This document shows positions 35,299 to 48,789 of a stretch of 51,361 nt of DNA, one piece after another. Numbering within the stretch: position 1 is the first letter of the stretch; each line of letters starts with the position of its first letter. Position numbers and translations under genes: made by a program. Source of the stretch: Girardia tigrina (lineage: Eukaryota); NCBI GenBank assembly GCA_001938485.1, contig MQRK01227610.1, positions 1-51,361 of the forward strand. The letters run 5' to 3'. The notes below the pieces were generated by a model. The model did no database searches and was not told the DNA's origin. It was given only the letters and a program-made list of their open reading frames with translations.

Positions 35299-38200
35299 CT
35301 AAGATAAAAATAAATTAAGTATAGTATATAAAAAATAAAATTCAATATTAAAAAACGAAAAAGAAAATTATTTAAAACATTTAAATATTCGTAATTCAAT
35401 TTTTAGGACTACATAATACAATTTTTAATCAATTGGATCTATCTTTGAACACTTGTCAATTAAAAATAAGGATAACAGAGGGTGTTTGATTGTAAAAAAG
35501 GAGGGGCGAGAAGTATAAATGGTCTCGTCAGAATCAATAGCAACATATATCATGAAAGTATAGAAAATGGTGTCGAACTGTTAGAACCGAACAAAAATTT
35601 TATACTTTGCCAAATAGATTTTGTACAAATCGCAAGCGTTCGATTATTGTAAATAATAATAAACTAAGACATTGTTCATTGATACATTGACAAAAACGTG
35701 TTCAAAACGGCAAAGCAACTTCGAACCATCAAAAAAGAAATGACCCAAAGATGATAAAAAATTGGCAATAAATTTCTCAAAAATTGAAGCAAGGAAACAT
35801 CAATTTTTCTAAGCAAGATAAAATCGTTTCTAATTCTTAATCAATAAAACGATTCACTCGATACAGAAAAAGGAATACAAACCGTTGTTGTCGAATACAT
35901 TCTGTTGTCAATTCGAAACCAAAAAATAATCGAAAAACCGCTCCTCATCCCGATAGTTTATGAATAATGTTGTTTAAATATTCGAAATTAAATTTGTTTA
36001 AATACGTGATTAAAAGCGTGAAAGCAAAATTTGAATTTCATATTTTATTTCAAATAAATTTATTGTCGCTTAGTTGTGCCTTATTTCTGGTGATATTACA
36101 GTTTTTTCAGAAAACGGAAATCTATTCTCACTTAGTTTAAATGAAAAGTTGAACATAAAAGATTCTCGTTGAAGAAATCGTTAAATGCAGTTTTGATAAT
36201 TCAGAAATCAAAAAATTTACTATACGAAACCCTTAAAACCGATATAGACTTAATGACGCGAGCTTTCTGATGATAATTTATGTGTTACGAAAAATTAAAA
36301 TTTTATTCCTAAAAAAGAGGAATGAAACAAAAGAATTTTTTAAATTGTTGTTTAAATAAATTTTTAAATAAAAAAAAGGAATGTTGCCAAAACGGCATAT
36401 TAAAAAAATGTTAATTTAATATACCATATCGTACTGGTAATATCATTTTTCTTGTTGATTCAAGGCGTTTGTGATTGACGGATTTAAGGTTCTTTGGGAT
36501 GTGATTGACCCGTTTAAAAAATTATAATTTATTTATTAATGAAGTGGTGTTTCCAGATTGAGCGTTAAAGACCAACACCTTGTATTCGTGTAGGAAATCG
36601 TCGCTCGATAGTATGTAGATGTATACAGTGGCAAAGTGCAGTTTGCTGTGAGAAGCTTCGGAAGTGGAGAAAAAAATCTGGCAAATGCGCAATGTTGGAC
36701 TTAAAGGACATGTACATGAAAGTGCTCGTCGAAACGGTACCTCGTCCGAATCGCGGCGGCTTCACGTACCGCGTACCGTTGTTGATAAGACTAGATGTGG
36801 CAGATGATCGTCTCCATTCGAAGACCAGAGATCCGAGAGTGCAGTTAACGTTGTCGCGGAAATCCGTCGGGCGTTGCTGAATTGTATGGGGCGATGGCGC
36901 AAGTGATCCGGCCGATTTCATCCGTGTATGGATAATTTCAAACGAATACATTGTAAAGTGACAAAATAACACCGAATTACCCCATATTTATTTTTCCGAA
37001 AATTTAATCTAAATTTGTACACTTTCATATTTTAATTAGTTCAATTAAACAAAAAAATATTTATCAAAATTTTCACGAGTACCACAATTATCGATTCCAA
37101 TTTTTTTCAATAAATTTCAAATAAGAATTACGCCGTTTCTCACTTTATTTTGAATTATTACAATTCAATTTCTAATTAAACAAATGATTTTAAATTTTTT
37201 CTAATTGAATTTTGAATTCTTAACAAATTAATTTTGAATTAAATTATAATTATATGAAACATTTGGTCGAAATATTTAATATATAATATATATTATTTGT
37301 TCGACTTATTTAATTATTCCACAATTTTAAATTGCAATGAAGGATTTCTCGTACACTTTTAAAAAATGTTTTTTAATTGCTGAAAGAAGGAATGATAAAA
37401 GCACCATTGATTTGCGAAACAATTACATTAACAGTTTTTTCGATCATCTTCTTAAATTACTTTAATAAACTTGTTCAATAACAAATTGAATTGGAGTATT
37501 ACAAATTGCAATTTATTGAATGAATTGAAACCAAGTTAAAAATTATTCCAACAAAATTGAAATTTATATGTATAAAATTGAAACTTATTGAAAACCCTGC
37601 AATTATAATAATCACATCAATGAAAACTCCCTGAGTTCTTTGATTTCATCTCCAATTTTAAAATTTACTCTTACTTATCTGGTTTACGGATCAAAATAAC
37701 TGAAAGAATAACGATTATTCGACATTTTATATAACAGAGAAATATGATATGAATAATAAGTATTCCTTTATTATTTTGTTTATACATTTAAACAAAATAG
37801 TAGTTCTACTTAGAGTCTGACAGATAGAAAAAATAATTCACTTCATGACATTAGTCATTACGGTATAAGTTAACGCACTGTACGTGAAGTATATAGAGTC
37901 AAATTAAAAAAAAAACATTGAATGAGCTTAATATAATCTTGACTTTGTTCCAGAACCATAAGGAGTAGCAAGACAGGGAAATATTTCATAACATAAAGTG
38001 ACCAGTCTAAACATCATGAATGAGGCTGAATATTTTGTTTGGAATATATATTTAACATTCTTACTGATGTACTCGTCATTCCATCTGTTTAGGGAAAAGT
38101 CGACGGTGCACTATTTCTCTATACTGTGAAGAGGATGACATATGTCTCTTTTCAGAAGCCGGAGTAATTTACTTCTTTTCAGTTTGACTTCATCCTGGTT

Positions 38201-39090
38201 TTTTTGTGACCAGCTGTATCTTAATTTTTGTCCCCTGATTTTGGATCGTGGAGATTCAAGCCTAGCCGACCATCTTTCTTCGAATCTTCTCACAAGCAGA
38301 TTTCATCAGGTCCTTGGTTCAAATTAATCTGGGCCATCAATTTCCAGGCTTTCTTCTGGCACTATTTGTCTCTTTATACTTGTTAAGTAAACTTGTGATT
38401 TAATTATTTATGTTTAAATTGGTAATTTACCATTTTTGTGAATATTTCAAAATACAGTTTGCCGGTCTTCCTAATTTCTTTATTTAATTCCAGTTTTCTC
38501 AAAACCATTTATAAAAATATTCGTTACAAAATCCAAGTAAATTATAATTTTAATTTGATAATAAAAATATAAGTAAATATGAAATAATTTATAATTCAAA
38601 ATATACAAGAGTGTTTTAAATTTCAAAACAAATTTAAAAGAAAATAATAGTCTTACACTTCTAAAGGAAGCAGAATCAGCATGTTTCTGTAATTATAGTT
38701 AATTCCTTTAATTACAAGTCAAAATAAACTTACATAGTCTTCTGGCTAGAGGTACCGAAAAAATAGATAAAAATAAATATAAATTATAAATAAATATAAA
38801 CTATAAATTAAACTCATTAACATTTTCACAGTTTTATTTTTATCAGGTAATCATTAAAACAAATCGTTTAACTACGTATTTGATCTTAATTTACAATAAC
38901 TAAAAGAAATAAAGAAAATGTTTTTCAATTTTTCACTTAAATTCCTATAGCAAAAGCTATAAAATAAATATTTCAGAATTATTTTTTGAGGAAAAGCTTC
39001 TGAACTTTTGATCTAATTCTTTTGAAAACACATGTCGATAAACCAGAGTAAAGAGAACATCACTAGATAATTAATTATATACATTGTAAT

Positions 39091-39490
39091 TGTGAGACAT
39101 ATTTTGAATGTTTGATATTTTGTGTTTGAATGTTGTATGTTGATTTGGAATTGTGTCTCTCCTACCCAGATGGCTGATTAATATTTTAATTCTTATTATC
39201 TGAAAATATGTAATGTTTAGATTTATTTCTAATTTAAAATAATTGTAAAATTTTAAATAAGTTAATTAATTTTTACAATTTGTAATAAATAAATCGAATT
39301 AATATTTTTAAAATAATTAATAATCATTTTAATTTTTATCCAATAAATTTTGAGTAAATATTTTAACAAATTATTTATTTCTCCATTTGCTAAGATAATA
39401 AGATTAAAGTCATTAATTGATAGACTTATGCAATCTTACGAAAGTTTTAACAAACATTGTCCTGAGGATAATCAAACTTGTAATAATAAC
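39091..39490 (+). mobile_element. LTR copy (3'-truncated) of the family at 11011
   Basis: Collinear similarity to 11011-11385 (gttgtatgttgatttggaattgtgtctc...cagatggctgattaatattttaattctt...cctgagga.aatcaaacttgtaata). Confidence 0.85.
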
Positions 39491-40166
39491 ACGTTTCGCT
39501 CTCTTTCCTTGAGCTTCTTCCAGAACCCAATCGACGTCGCAACAATGACGTAAATAATAAATAAAAATATATATCAAAATAACAAACAAACACACTACAG
39601 AAATATTACTTGTGTCTTAATTCACAAACAACAAATATAAAAATTCACGCCACTACACGAAACAAAAAAAACGACAAGAAAAACAAAAAATCACATGCGA
39701 GATAGGCAAATAAAAATGGCACACATCACACGAAAGTCATAATGCAAAGCAAAGAAATAAACAGTGGAAGAAAGACTCACATTACATTGTTAATACATGT
39801 AATATTTTAAGCTGGCTATGCTGATCATAGAAAATAGTGATGTCATCATGGAAAATTGAATTAATACATTGTGTACCCTAGTTTAGCAAAAAATGCATAA
39901 CTAAATAAGTTCAAAATACTTTTCATTCAATACTTATGGCTATTGTATGTCAGTAGTATATAAAAAGTAAGGTAAAAATTTTCTTCGAAGAAATGAAGAT
40001 CAATTTTGATAAATATTCCAACCCACAATATTTAAGTTTTAAAGTTAAGGTAAAACATAATTATTTATAAATATTATGTTTTATAAAAAAGTAATAATAA
40101 ATTAAGGTAAAATTGATTTCGCTAACCTATGAAAATTATAATCTTTTGTTAATAATAATTGTCAAC

Positions 40167-42006
40167 TGTAATGAAAATTAAGATGAAAATTCAACCACGC
40201 ACAATTATATTTGAATTATTAAAATACTGCACTAAAAACAGAGTAAAACAAAGGAATTAAAGACATAAAAGCACCGCTACTGTAACCGACCATTTGCGCC
40301 AACATTCACTACTAATCCTGGCACCCGGCCACCATCTATCGGCATTGGATCTTTCGCTTCTAGACGGAAGCTCTGTAGCACCGCCATTAACCGATCCACC
40401 TGCATTTCGGTCACATTGACCGCAATATCATCGTAATAGACGTTGGTGTTTGCTAATTCTATTGGATTCGATTTCTGCGCCAACCATCCAATTTCAGGAC
40501 TTGCAATAATATTTTCTGCAGGATTTTTGCGCGATGTTCAGGTCAAAACCGAGCCTGGTTAAGTACCAAGATTTGTTCTAGTGTTTTACCACCTGGTACG
40601 TCCACAAAGATCGATCAACCTTTATCTGAAGATACGCTTGCCTTAAATCAACAAGATTTCGCCCATTCGATGTAATTTTTTCAATTTTTCGGCGCAAACC
40701 AAACTTTCAGTGGTGTGACTGGAAACCAACTCATTGAGTTCCAATAACCATCCCCTGGACTTCCAGTCCTCAAGTTCGGCGCTCACATCTTCTTCATGTA
40801 CTTTGGCCGATGCGTACTCTGATATACTGCCACGAACTGGCGGTACCCACCCATTTTTCCATCGCCATGTCACGGACCAGGACGATCCGTCGAATACCGC
40901 AGTGAAGTCTTAATCGACGATCTGAGTTGGTACTGCTCCATTCACAGAACTCTTTTTGGACCACAGTCGATATTCTGTGTTGCTCGCTGGTACAGCCAAG
41001 GCGGCCCTGCGCGGTTCTGCCCGACTGTTCTCCGACTCGCTTCGTTCTAAATGAGATTTATTACTTGTATTTACTCCAAATCTGACTTTCTCCCGCGTAA
41101 ACCCTACACTCACTCCTCCCAGTGATTGCTGAACCCAGCATTTCAACGGGTGCCCCATTACTTCAAATTCTACCCAGGCTCCTTGAGATAAAACTTCTTG
41201 ACAAATCACTGTCTGCAGTTTTTCAGATGACTGCTGCACAAGTCGCTGCTCCATCATTGTCAAAGAGCATCCAGTGTCGACCAATGCCCTTACACACCAC
41301 AACCCAACTTAGACGTCAATCACGAGTAACTGCGCATGGAAGCTCACAGATACCCTCCCCGCGCAGAAGAGAGGGCATGTTGATTTTTTCCCGATTTGAA
41401 TTTTCGTTGCAGGCAAGCCACACAGACTTCTGACTTCGTTCTACAATCTCGATGCAGGTTACCCCTCCTCGGATCGACACCCCCGTTGTCGTTTGATGCC
41501 GTGGCCGCCGCTGTAACAGTTGCTGATTCGACTGGATAACTCGTGCTCGTGTTGATATAGAGGAGCGACTGAGCTACTGAGATCATGTCGCGCAGGGGAA
41601 TCTATCTCTTCCCGGTCTCCGACGAAACAAATTTCGATGTTTCGGCAGGTAGGCTTGCCAAAAACACATGCTGCATGAATTGTTCTTGACAGTGCGGCCT
41701 TTACTGACTCGTAATTCTTTTGGTCCTCGATAGTTAGTCCTACACATAAATCAAAGACTCTGTCGCCAAGAAGCATCGGTAGAGCCGCCATCTTGTCAAC
41801 TTCACATACTGATGCCGCGGCTTCAAATTTTTGGCACCAGATCTCGAAGTCTTTATGTCTGTCGAACATTAGGACCGCGTCTGTGAATTTCACACGCTTA
41901 ATGCCGCGATAACTTGTAATGAAAATTAAGATAAAAATTCAACCACGTACAATTATATTTGAATTATTAAAATACTGCACCAACCACAAATTGAAACAAA
42001 GGAATT
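40167..42006 (-). mobile_element. Internally deleted Gypsy element with two LTR remnants (gag, protease, RT)
   Basis: Direct repeats at 40167-40258 and 41915-42006; gag FEIWCQKFEAAA...LPMLLGDRVFD; protease RALVDTGCSLT; RT LTRLGFDLNIA and YYDDIAV; no RNase H or integrase. Confidence 0.85.
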
Positions 42007-42271
42007 TAATTTTCCAATTAAATTCCCATTCTATCTCACATCAACAAAACAAATTTAATTAACATCAAATTAGCTTAAAACTTTTTTAAATAAATGTAAA
42101 AATTATGAAAAAGATTTTAAATACTGTATTTGGATTAAAATTTTAAATTCATCAGTTTTAATACCAGCTTTGAAGCGTCATAATACCTGGTAATTTCGTA
42201 GTTAGTTTTGAGTCAAAAATCGGTAATACCAAATCGGTATAGCAAATCCTATATGTAAATTCATAATAAGC

Positions 42272-42523
42272 TTATTTGTTTTCAAAAACACATCCATGTT
42301 TTAGTATTGTTTTTGTCCAATCCGTCTCCACTTTCCAATCACGAATTTTGGCCCTGAAGAGGGCCGTATGTCTTTCGCAATTCTTAGAAGCCCTTGAGGA
42401 ACCTCCGATGAAATAATGAGGTTGAAAGAATTTCCCAAGGTTCGAATTCAGTACATAATCGAGAGTGGTACTATTCAATTCAACCATGACGCTGATTGGC
42501 ACACATAACAAAAACATAGCCAA
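42272..42523 (-). pseudogene. Possible exon of a secreted or thioredoxin-fold-like gene, probably decayed
   Basis: Hydrophobic leader followed by VMVELNSTTLDYVLNSN; a downstream AG-preceded segment DLLYRFGITDF*; in-frame stops nearby; the resemblance is weak. Confidence 0.25.
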
Positions 42524-42742
42524 AAGGCAAAGTTATCTGTCCGTTTAAATTAAAATAAGCATTTTTAATTCTCAGAATTTTATTAATTGAAAGGAATAAA
42601 TGAAACAAATCCATATTCGTAAAATAATAAAGAAATCGATATTAATAAGTAACTTTATTTAGCTATCACAGAACTAACATTAATAATTCGTTTAAACAAA
42701 CGAATTTCTGACAGTAATTTTTTTAATTATAACTATACATAT

Positions 42743-42782
<40 letters not shown>

Positions 42783-42832
42783 NNNNNNNNNNNNNNNNNN
42801 NNNNNNNNNNNNNNNNNNNNNNNNNNNNNNNN

Positions 42833-42870
<38 letters not shown>

Positions 42871-43514
42871 TATAAATGTTGTATTAATATTTTATTAAAC
42901 ATTTTTTTACATGAATCCAATTTTGTTTATTTTTCAATTTTGATAAATTTTTTAATTCATTCTGAAACAAGTATCAAAACTGAAACTTTCACAAAAACAA
43001 TAAAAATTAGGAAAAAAAACGATTTTTCAACTTCGCATTTTGACCAGATTTTCATGGAAATGGAATAAGACAGATTATTGAAAGATAATTAAGAAAGGAT
43101 ATTTCAAGAAATTTTTGAATTATCTTCAGATATTTTTTGAAATTTTCAAAAATTTTTAAAATATGATCTAAAATTCAGAAATCTAAAGAAGGTAATGAAG
43201 AAAGAAAATAACAAAAATGGGTAACAAAGAAGAATTTAATTGTTTTTGTACTAAATGAATGACTAGTTTTGTTTCAATAAAATTATTTTGACCTTAAAAC
43301 TTTTTTACATTTTTATGAATAAATATAATCTCTAAATCTATTAAACAACCTTAATATTTTTAATAACAACAATTAAGATTAAATTACAAAAAAAATAATC
43401 TTACCATCAACGATACCTAAAAAGATAACAATAATTAAATTTTTCAATTTCTTGTATATTATCAAAATAAAATAATTAAATTTTCTTATTAATTAAACGT
43501 TTTAATTCACTGTA

Positions 43515-44265
43515 CAGTAGATAATTTTTTATGCGGTAGATACGTTCCGCAAGAACCGCATAAAAAGGGTACTAGTTCTATAGTAAAACCATATATACGT
43601 TCCAAAATTTCTAAGAACCGCATAAATCCGAAATAATGCAATAAAACCGCATAAAAATTGTACTTATTCAATCGTAAAATCATATATAGGTTTCAAATTT
43701 CTAAGGACAGCATAAATATAATATAATGTAATAAAATCACATAAAATGGGTACTAATTTCAATTGAAAAAAATATAATTCTGCAGTTGATAATTCTTCTG
43801 GTAGGCTTTTCCCTTTCCTGCATTCTCGCCAAATCGTTTTCCAGCAGGCATTTAAAGTTTGTCGTGTTATAGCTTTAACAGCCAAATCAGGATAATTTAT
43901 GCAATACAAAATCGAAAAATTTTTCCTGGCATCCATAACTGTCATCTCTTCATTCTCTATCTTGTCCAAAATGTGTTGAAATGTCCAATTTACATAATGT
44001 TTTTTAAAATTACAGATGATGCCCTGATCCAATGGTTGAAAATGCTGGTTGTATTTGGTGGAAGAAAAACTATCGCGACATTAAGATGTTCAATATGCGG
44101 ATGACCTGGTGCGTTATCGATCAGCAAAATCACTTTGTACTCGAGACTTTTATCTAGTAAATATTTCTTAACTTCTGGGATAAAATATGGATTAAACCAC
44201 TCTGTGAAAATTGCGGTATTTACCTACGTTTTCTTGTTAGTCATCCAATGAACTGGAAGCTTATT
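43515..44265 (-). mobile_element. Tigger/pogo transposon 3' part
   Basis: TA-CAGTAG terminus at 43515; KLPVHWMTNKK...FTEWF...FIPEVKKYL...VILLIDNAPGHP...FLPPNTTSIFQPLDQGII. Confidence 0.9.
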
Positions 44266-45324
44266 ATTACACAATATTTTTTTAAACTGCACTATTTCAA
44301 CTTTTTGCATATATCTTATAATTGTTATTAGAAATTACTCTTTAAATGTAAAAATATTAATTAATTACCATAAAATATTAAAATTTCTAATATGTTGTGT
44401 GCAGTATTAAAAAGAACATTCCTCCTAAACAACTTTATTGCGTGATAGGAATTGATTATTAGTCATTGTTTTTTTCAGCTTTCTACTTTAGAATGAACTT
44501 GTTAAAAGTTAACATCTCATAAATGTGATTTTACATTTGAAATATAACTAATGCATATAAAGATATGTATATACCATAATTTCTACTATTACAATTATTA
44601 ATAAATAAATTCTTACTAAATCGGTCGCGATAAAAAGTTTCCGTTCGAAAAGATCTGCTCTACCCACCATATTAAACTAAATTATTAAATGAAAAATTAA
44701 ATTTGAAATATACTTTACATAAGATTTTCAAACAATTTGCAAAATAGAATTCTTGAAAAGGAATACTCAAACATTTTTCAGTAACGTTAACTGCCATTTA
44801 ATAGAAATATAATAAAAAAATGAATACGTCAGTCAAACTTTTGTTAATGGTATTCTAAACTTTAATAAAACCCATTATAATCGTTTTAAGACAATTAAAA
44901 AGATACATCGAACTTATGCTCATTTAAATACGTTGTCTCAGGTTTTAAAAATCTTAACAGTCTAATAATACGATTTTTAATTTGGTTATATTCATAAAAC
45001 AAATTCAAGACTGTAGATAAATAATTTTTATGCATTCTTAAAATGTTGAAGTGAAGGAAAACAATCATTTATGGCCTTGTCTTTTAAGACATTTCGATAG
45101 GACCCCTGATGATAAATTTTATTTTAAATAGTAGTTTGTACAATAAGAAGTGAGTATATTACAAAAAATACTATCCACAATTTGAAAACAATTATTAACA
45201 GCAAAAAACATAAGTTAAATAAAAGTTAAACAACGTATAAAATTCTCGAATTGAATAATTTTATTAAAAATAATTTGTTTCTATGACAAGTTTAATTTTG
45301 AAATTTTGAGACTTACATTAGTAT

Positions 45325-45812
45325 TATTAAGAACATTTAGACAAGTCTCATTTGAATTTTTATTACAATCACATTTAGAGTCATTACCACTCTCAGAAGG
45401 TCTTTCATCGTTTGTCGTCGTTCTAATTGGTTTCGTTATTTCTATTTTTAATCATGATTATTCGAACAATTTTCTAAGTCATTTTTTAAAATATTTAACT
45501 TCTAAGAAAATATTAATTAAAAATAATAATTTCCACCATTTCTTAATAAAACCTAAAATAATAAAAATGTTATTAAATTATTAAAAATGCATTTGATTTA
45601 AATTTTACTAAAAATATTAAACTTAATTTTAATTGTTAAATTAAAAAATATAAACTCATCAAATGATTATTTTAATTATGTTCGAATAGTCGATCAATTT
45701 AAATTTAATAAAAAAATACCAATTTTCATCAGGGTTGGAAAATCACCATTCTAAGTTCAACATACAGCATCAATGCATTTACACATTCAAACAATTTAAA
45801 ATATTCCTCACA
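45325..45812 (-). mobile_element. Solo LTR, TG...TA termini, TSD AGTAT
   Basis: Minus strand tgtgaggaatattttaaa...tgttcttaata; agtat at 45320-45324 and 45813-45817. Confidence 0.85.
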
Positions 45813-46148
45813 AGTATTGTTATTGTTAAAGGTTGCCTTGAAATTTTTTTATTAAAAACGCATTTTGATTGATGATGTTAATAATTGTTGGGGTTTCAAA
45901 ATAAGAATTTAAATTTTTAATCAAAAAGTTTTGTAAAAAAAAGTTAATTAAAAAAATAATTCTCTGTTAAAAATCAATAATTTTCGATTTACATTATTTT
46001 TAATAAAATTTGTATAATATTTGTAAATATTTTTAGATTTGTTTTAGCAAACAAATTTTCAAGGTTAGAAAAAACTAGTATGTAAACAATTATTATTTTA
46101 GTATTATTCTCACAAAAATTTCGGACAAAAAATATATTTTGCTGACCC

Positions 46149-48110
46149 TGTGAGGAATATTTTAAATTTGGTATGTTGAAATTGGTTTGTTGAATTTTGT
46201 ATGTTGAGTTTAGTATTTGGAAATGTGTTTCTCCCACCCAGATGGAAAATTGATATTTTAGATNNNNNNNNNNNNNNNNNNNNNNNNNNNNNNNNNNNNN
46301 NNNNNNNNNNNNNNNNNNNNNNNNNNNNNNNNNNNNNNNNNNNNNNNNNNNNNNNNNNNNNNNNNNNNNNNNNNNNNNNNNNNNNNNNNNNNNNNNNNNN
46401 NNNNNNNNNNNNNNNNNNNNNNNNNNNNNNNNNNNNNNNNNNNNNNNNNNNNNNNNNNNNNNNNNNNNNNNNNNNNNNNNNNNNNNNNNNNNNNNNNNNN
46501 NNNNNNNNNNNNNNNNNNNNNNNNNNNNNNNNNNNNNNNNNNNNNNNNNNNNNNNNNNNNNNNNNNNNNNNNNNNNNNNNNNNNNNNNNNNNNNNNNNNN
46601 NNNNNNNNNNNNNNNNNNNNNNNNNNNNNNNNNNNNNNNNNNNNNNNNNNNNNNNNNNNNNNNNNNNNNNNNNNNNNNNNNNNNNNNNNNNNNNNNNNNN
46701 NNNNNNNNNNNNNNNNNNNNNNNNNNNNNNNNNNNNNNNNNNNNNNNNNNNNNNNNNNNNNNNNNNNNNNNNNNNNNNNNNNNNNNNNNNNNNNNNNNNN
46801 NNNNNNNNNNNNNNNNNNNNNNNNNNNNNNNNNNNNNNNNNNNNNNNNNNNNNNNNNNNNNNNNNNNNNNNNNNNNNNNNNNNNNNNNNNNNNNNNNNNN
46901 NNNNNNNNNNNNNNNNNNNNNNNNNNNNNNNNNNNNNNNNNNNNNNNNNNNNNNNNNNNNNNNNNNNNNNNNNNNNNNNNNNNNNNNNNNNNNNNNNNNN
47001 NNNNNNNNNNNNNNNNNNNNNNNNNNNNNNNNNNNNNNNNNNNNNNNNNNNNNNNNNNNNNNNNNNNNNNNNNNNNNNNNNNNNNNNNNNNNNNNNNNNN
47101 NNNNNNNNNNNNNNNNNNNNNNNNNNNNNNNNNNNNNNNNNNNNNNNCACAAAAAGAGAAAATGAATGGAGAACAGTGCAAAATAAAAAAAGAACACCAA
47201 GGCCACAGAACGAGAAATTCATAGAACAAGAAACAAGAAGAAATTTTAAAGTTCGAAAAATTACCTATTGGGCATGGCACGAGGAAGGACATGTTAGAAG
47301 AGAGTACCCTAACGTAAAGTGTAGTCATTGTAATAGAAAAGGGCCTTTAAGAACACAGTGTTATGAAAACCCTAATAGATTTAGGGAACGTGATCAATGG
47401 AAAAGGGATAATGGAAATAATCGATGGAATAACAGGCAAAATTACTCAAATCAACGGTATAGAGAACGNNNNNNNNNNNNNNNNNNGAAATATCCAGTAG
47501 CAGAAGTGGACGAACTAGATGATGAATTGTACATAAGAGAAGAATCTAGAAAAGGGGACTATTCTGAAGGAACGTATAGAAGAGAAGATGGCAAAAGACT
47601 GGAATCTCCCGTAGGTAACAGAAAATACAGAAATAATCAGGGAAACGAGGACGCACGGTCACAGGGAGAAGTGATCAGTGTGCTACAATAAGAACTCAAT
47701 GTAGGTGTATGATTTGTAGTATGTATATATGTAGTATGTATGAATGTGTTTGTGATTGTATGTTTGATGATGTGTTTGAAAATATTCCTCTGGAGATGTG
47801 CAGATTAGATAATGAACCTGAAGAACACGATGGAATATGTGCTAATATGGATATAGAAAATGAGAAAAAAATTAAAAAGAATGCTGAAGATGTATTGATA
47901 TTACCGAAGTTTAACATAAATTATAAAGAATTGAAAGGTATACCAAGTATAAAGTTCCGAATAAAGAATAAAAATGTCAATTGCCTGCTAGATACAGGAG
48001 CTCGAGTCAACGTTATTAAAGCAGAGATAATTAAAGATATGAAAGATGTCAAGATCAAAGAAACTAAAAGACGAATACATTGTGCGAATGATTCAGAACT
48101 TATAAACTAT
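46149..48110 (+). mobile_element. Gypsy element 5' part (5' LTR, gap, gag C-terminus, protease)
   Basis: LTR start nearly identical to 5959; degenerate knuckles (EEGHVRREY, CSHCNRKGP..TQC); protease CLLDTGARVNVI...IHCANDSEL. Confidence 0.88.
47640..47683 (+). promoter_or_regulatory. -1 ribosomal frameshift signal G GGA AAC with downstream hairpin
   Basis: Heptamer at 47640-47646 is in the correct phase in gag; the -1 frame is open from 47640 through the protease ORF to 48128; stem gcac-ggtcac/gtgatc-gtgc. Confidence 0.8.
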
Positions 48111-48789
48111 TGTTGGGTATACAATTAAAAATCTCGTTTTATTTTAAATTTTTTAATCAACTACTAATTCTGACTCCAAATGAACAAAATGTTTCTTCCA
48201 ACAATAATATATGAAGAATGAACAAGACCTTTTAATAATAATTCATTCTACAAACAACAATTGAATTACAAATATAAATTCAACTCTAACAGTACGCTAC
48301 AATTCAAAGAATACACTTCGATTAAACAGTTACAACAACTTTTTAGTTCGAGCGATGCTAGAATGATTTATTTAAAACTTATCTTCTCCTTTATATGATA
48401 CTGATACTTTCGTAATATTACAATTTATTTTTAAAGCTTAATTTCTTCTTTACAGGATACTAAAAACTTTTCTATTCTTTAGTTTAAAAAAAATAATAAT
48501 ATAAGAAATCAACAAACAAATTTACCACGCATATAATTTAAAGTTAATTTTTCTTTTGAGTGATCCAATGGGCCAGACTGTAACTGAAATAACTATTGCT
48601 TATATACTAGTTTTTCCTAACCTTGAAAATTGAATAACTAAAACAAATCTCAAAATATTTAGAAATATTTTATAAACTTTATTAAAACACTATTATAATA
48701 ATAAAAAAAATTATTAATTTTAACCAGCGAATTATTTTAAATTTTTTATTAGATTTAAAAATTTAATTTATATTTTTTGGAACCCCAAC

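Noticed and set aside
35690-35950. Possible Tc1 HTH remnant (…EKPLLI)
   Set aside because: Too degraded to support as a feature.
36262-36300. Second hammerhead candidate (ctgatga...cgaaa)
   Set aside because: Stem II is weak and misregistered, and no convincing stem I/III or cleavage triplet is present.
36565-36972. 135-aa ORF in a GC-richer island
   Set aside because: Non-ATG start, no recognisable motif or clear splice signals; probably a repeat fragment I cannot classify.
38065-42560. Stop-codon reassignment suggested by in-frame stops in coding-like pieces
   Set aside because: The carrier exons and the 447-codon repeat exon have no internal stops and end in TAA; all three stop types occur in the broken pieces, which fits decay.
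45989-47328. Long ORFs of 350-500 aa (also 21983-22523 and 30658-31301)
   Set aside because: Artefacts of translating through N gaps.
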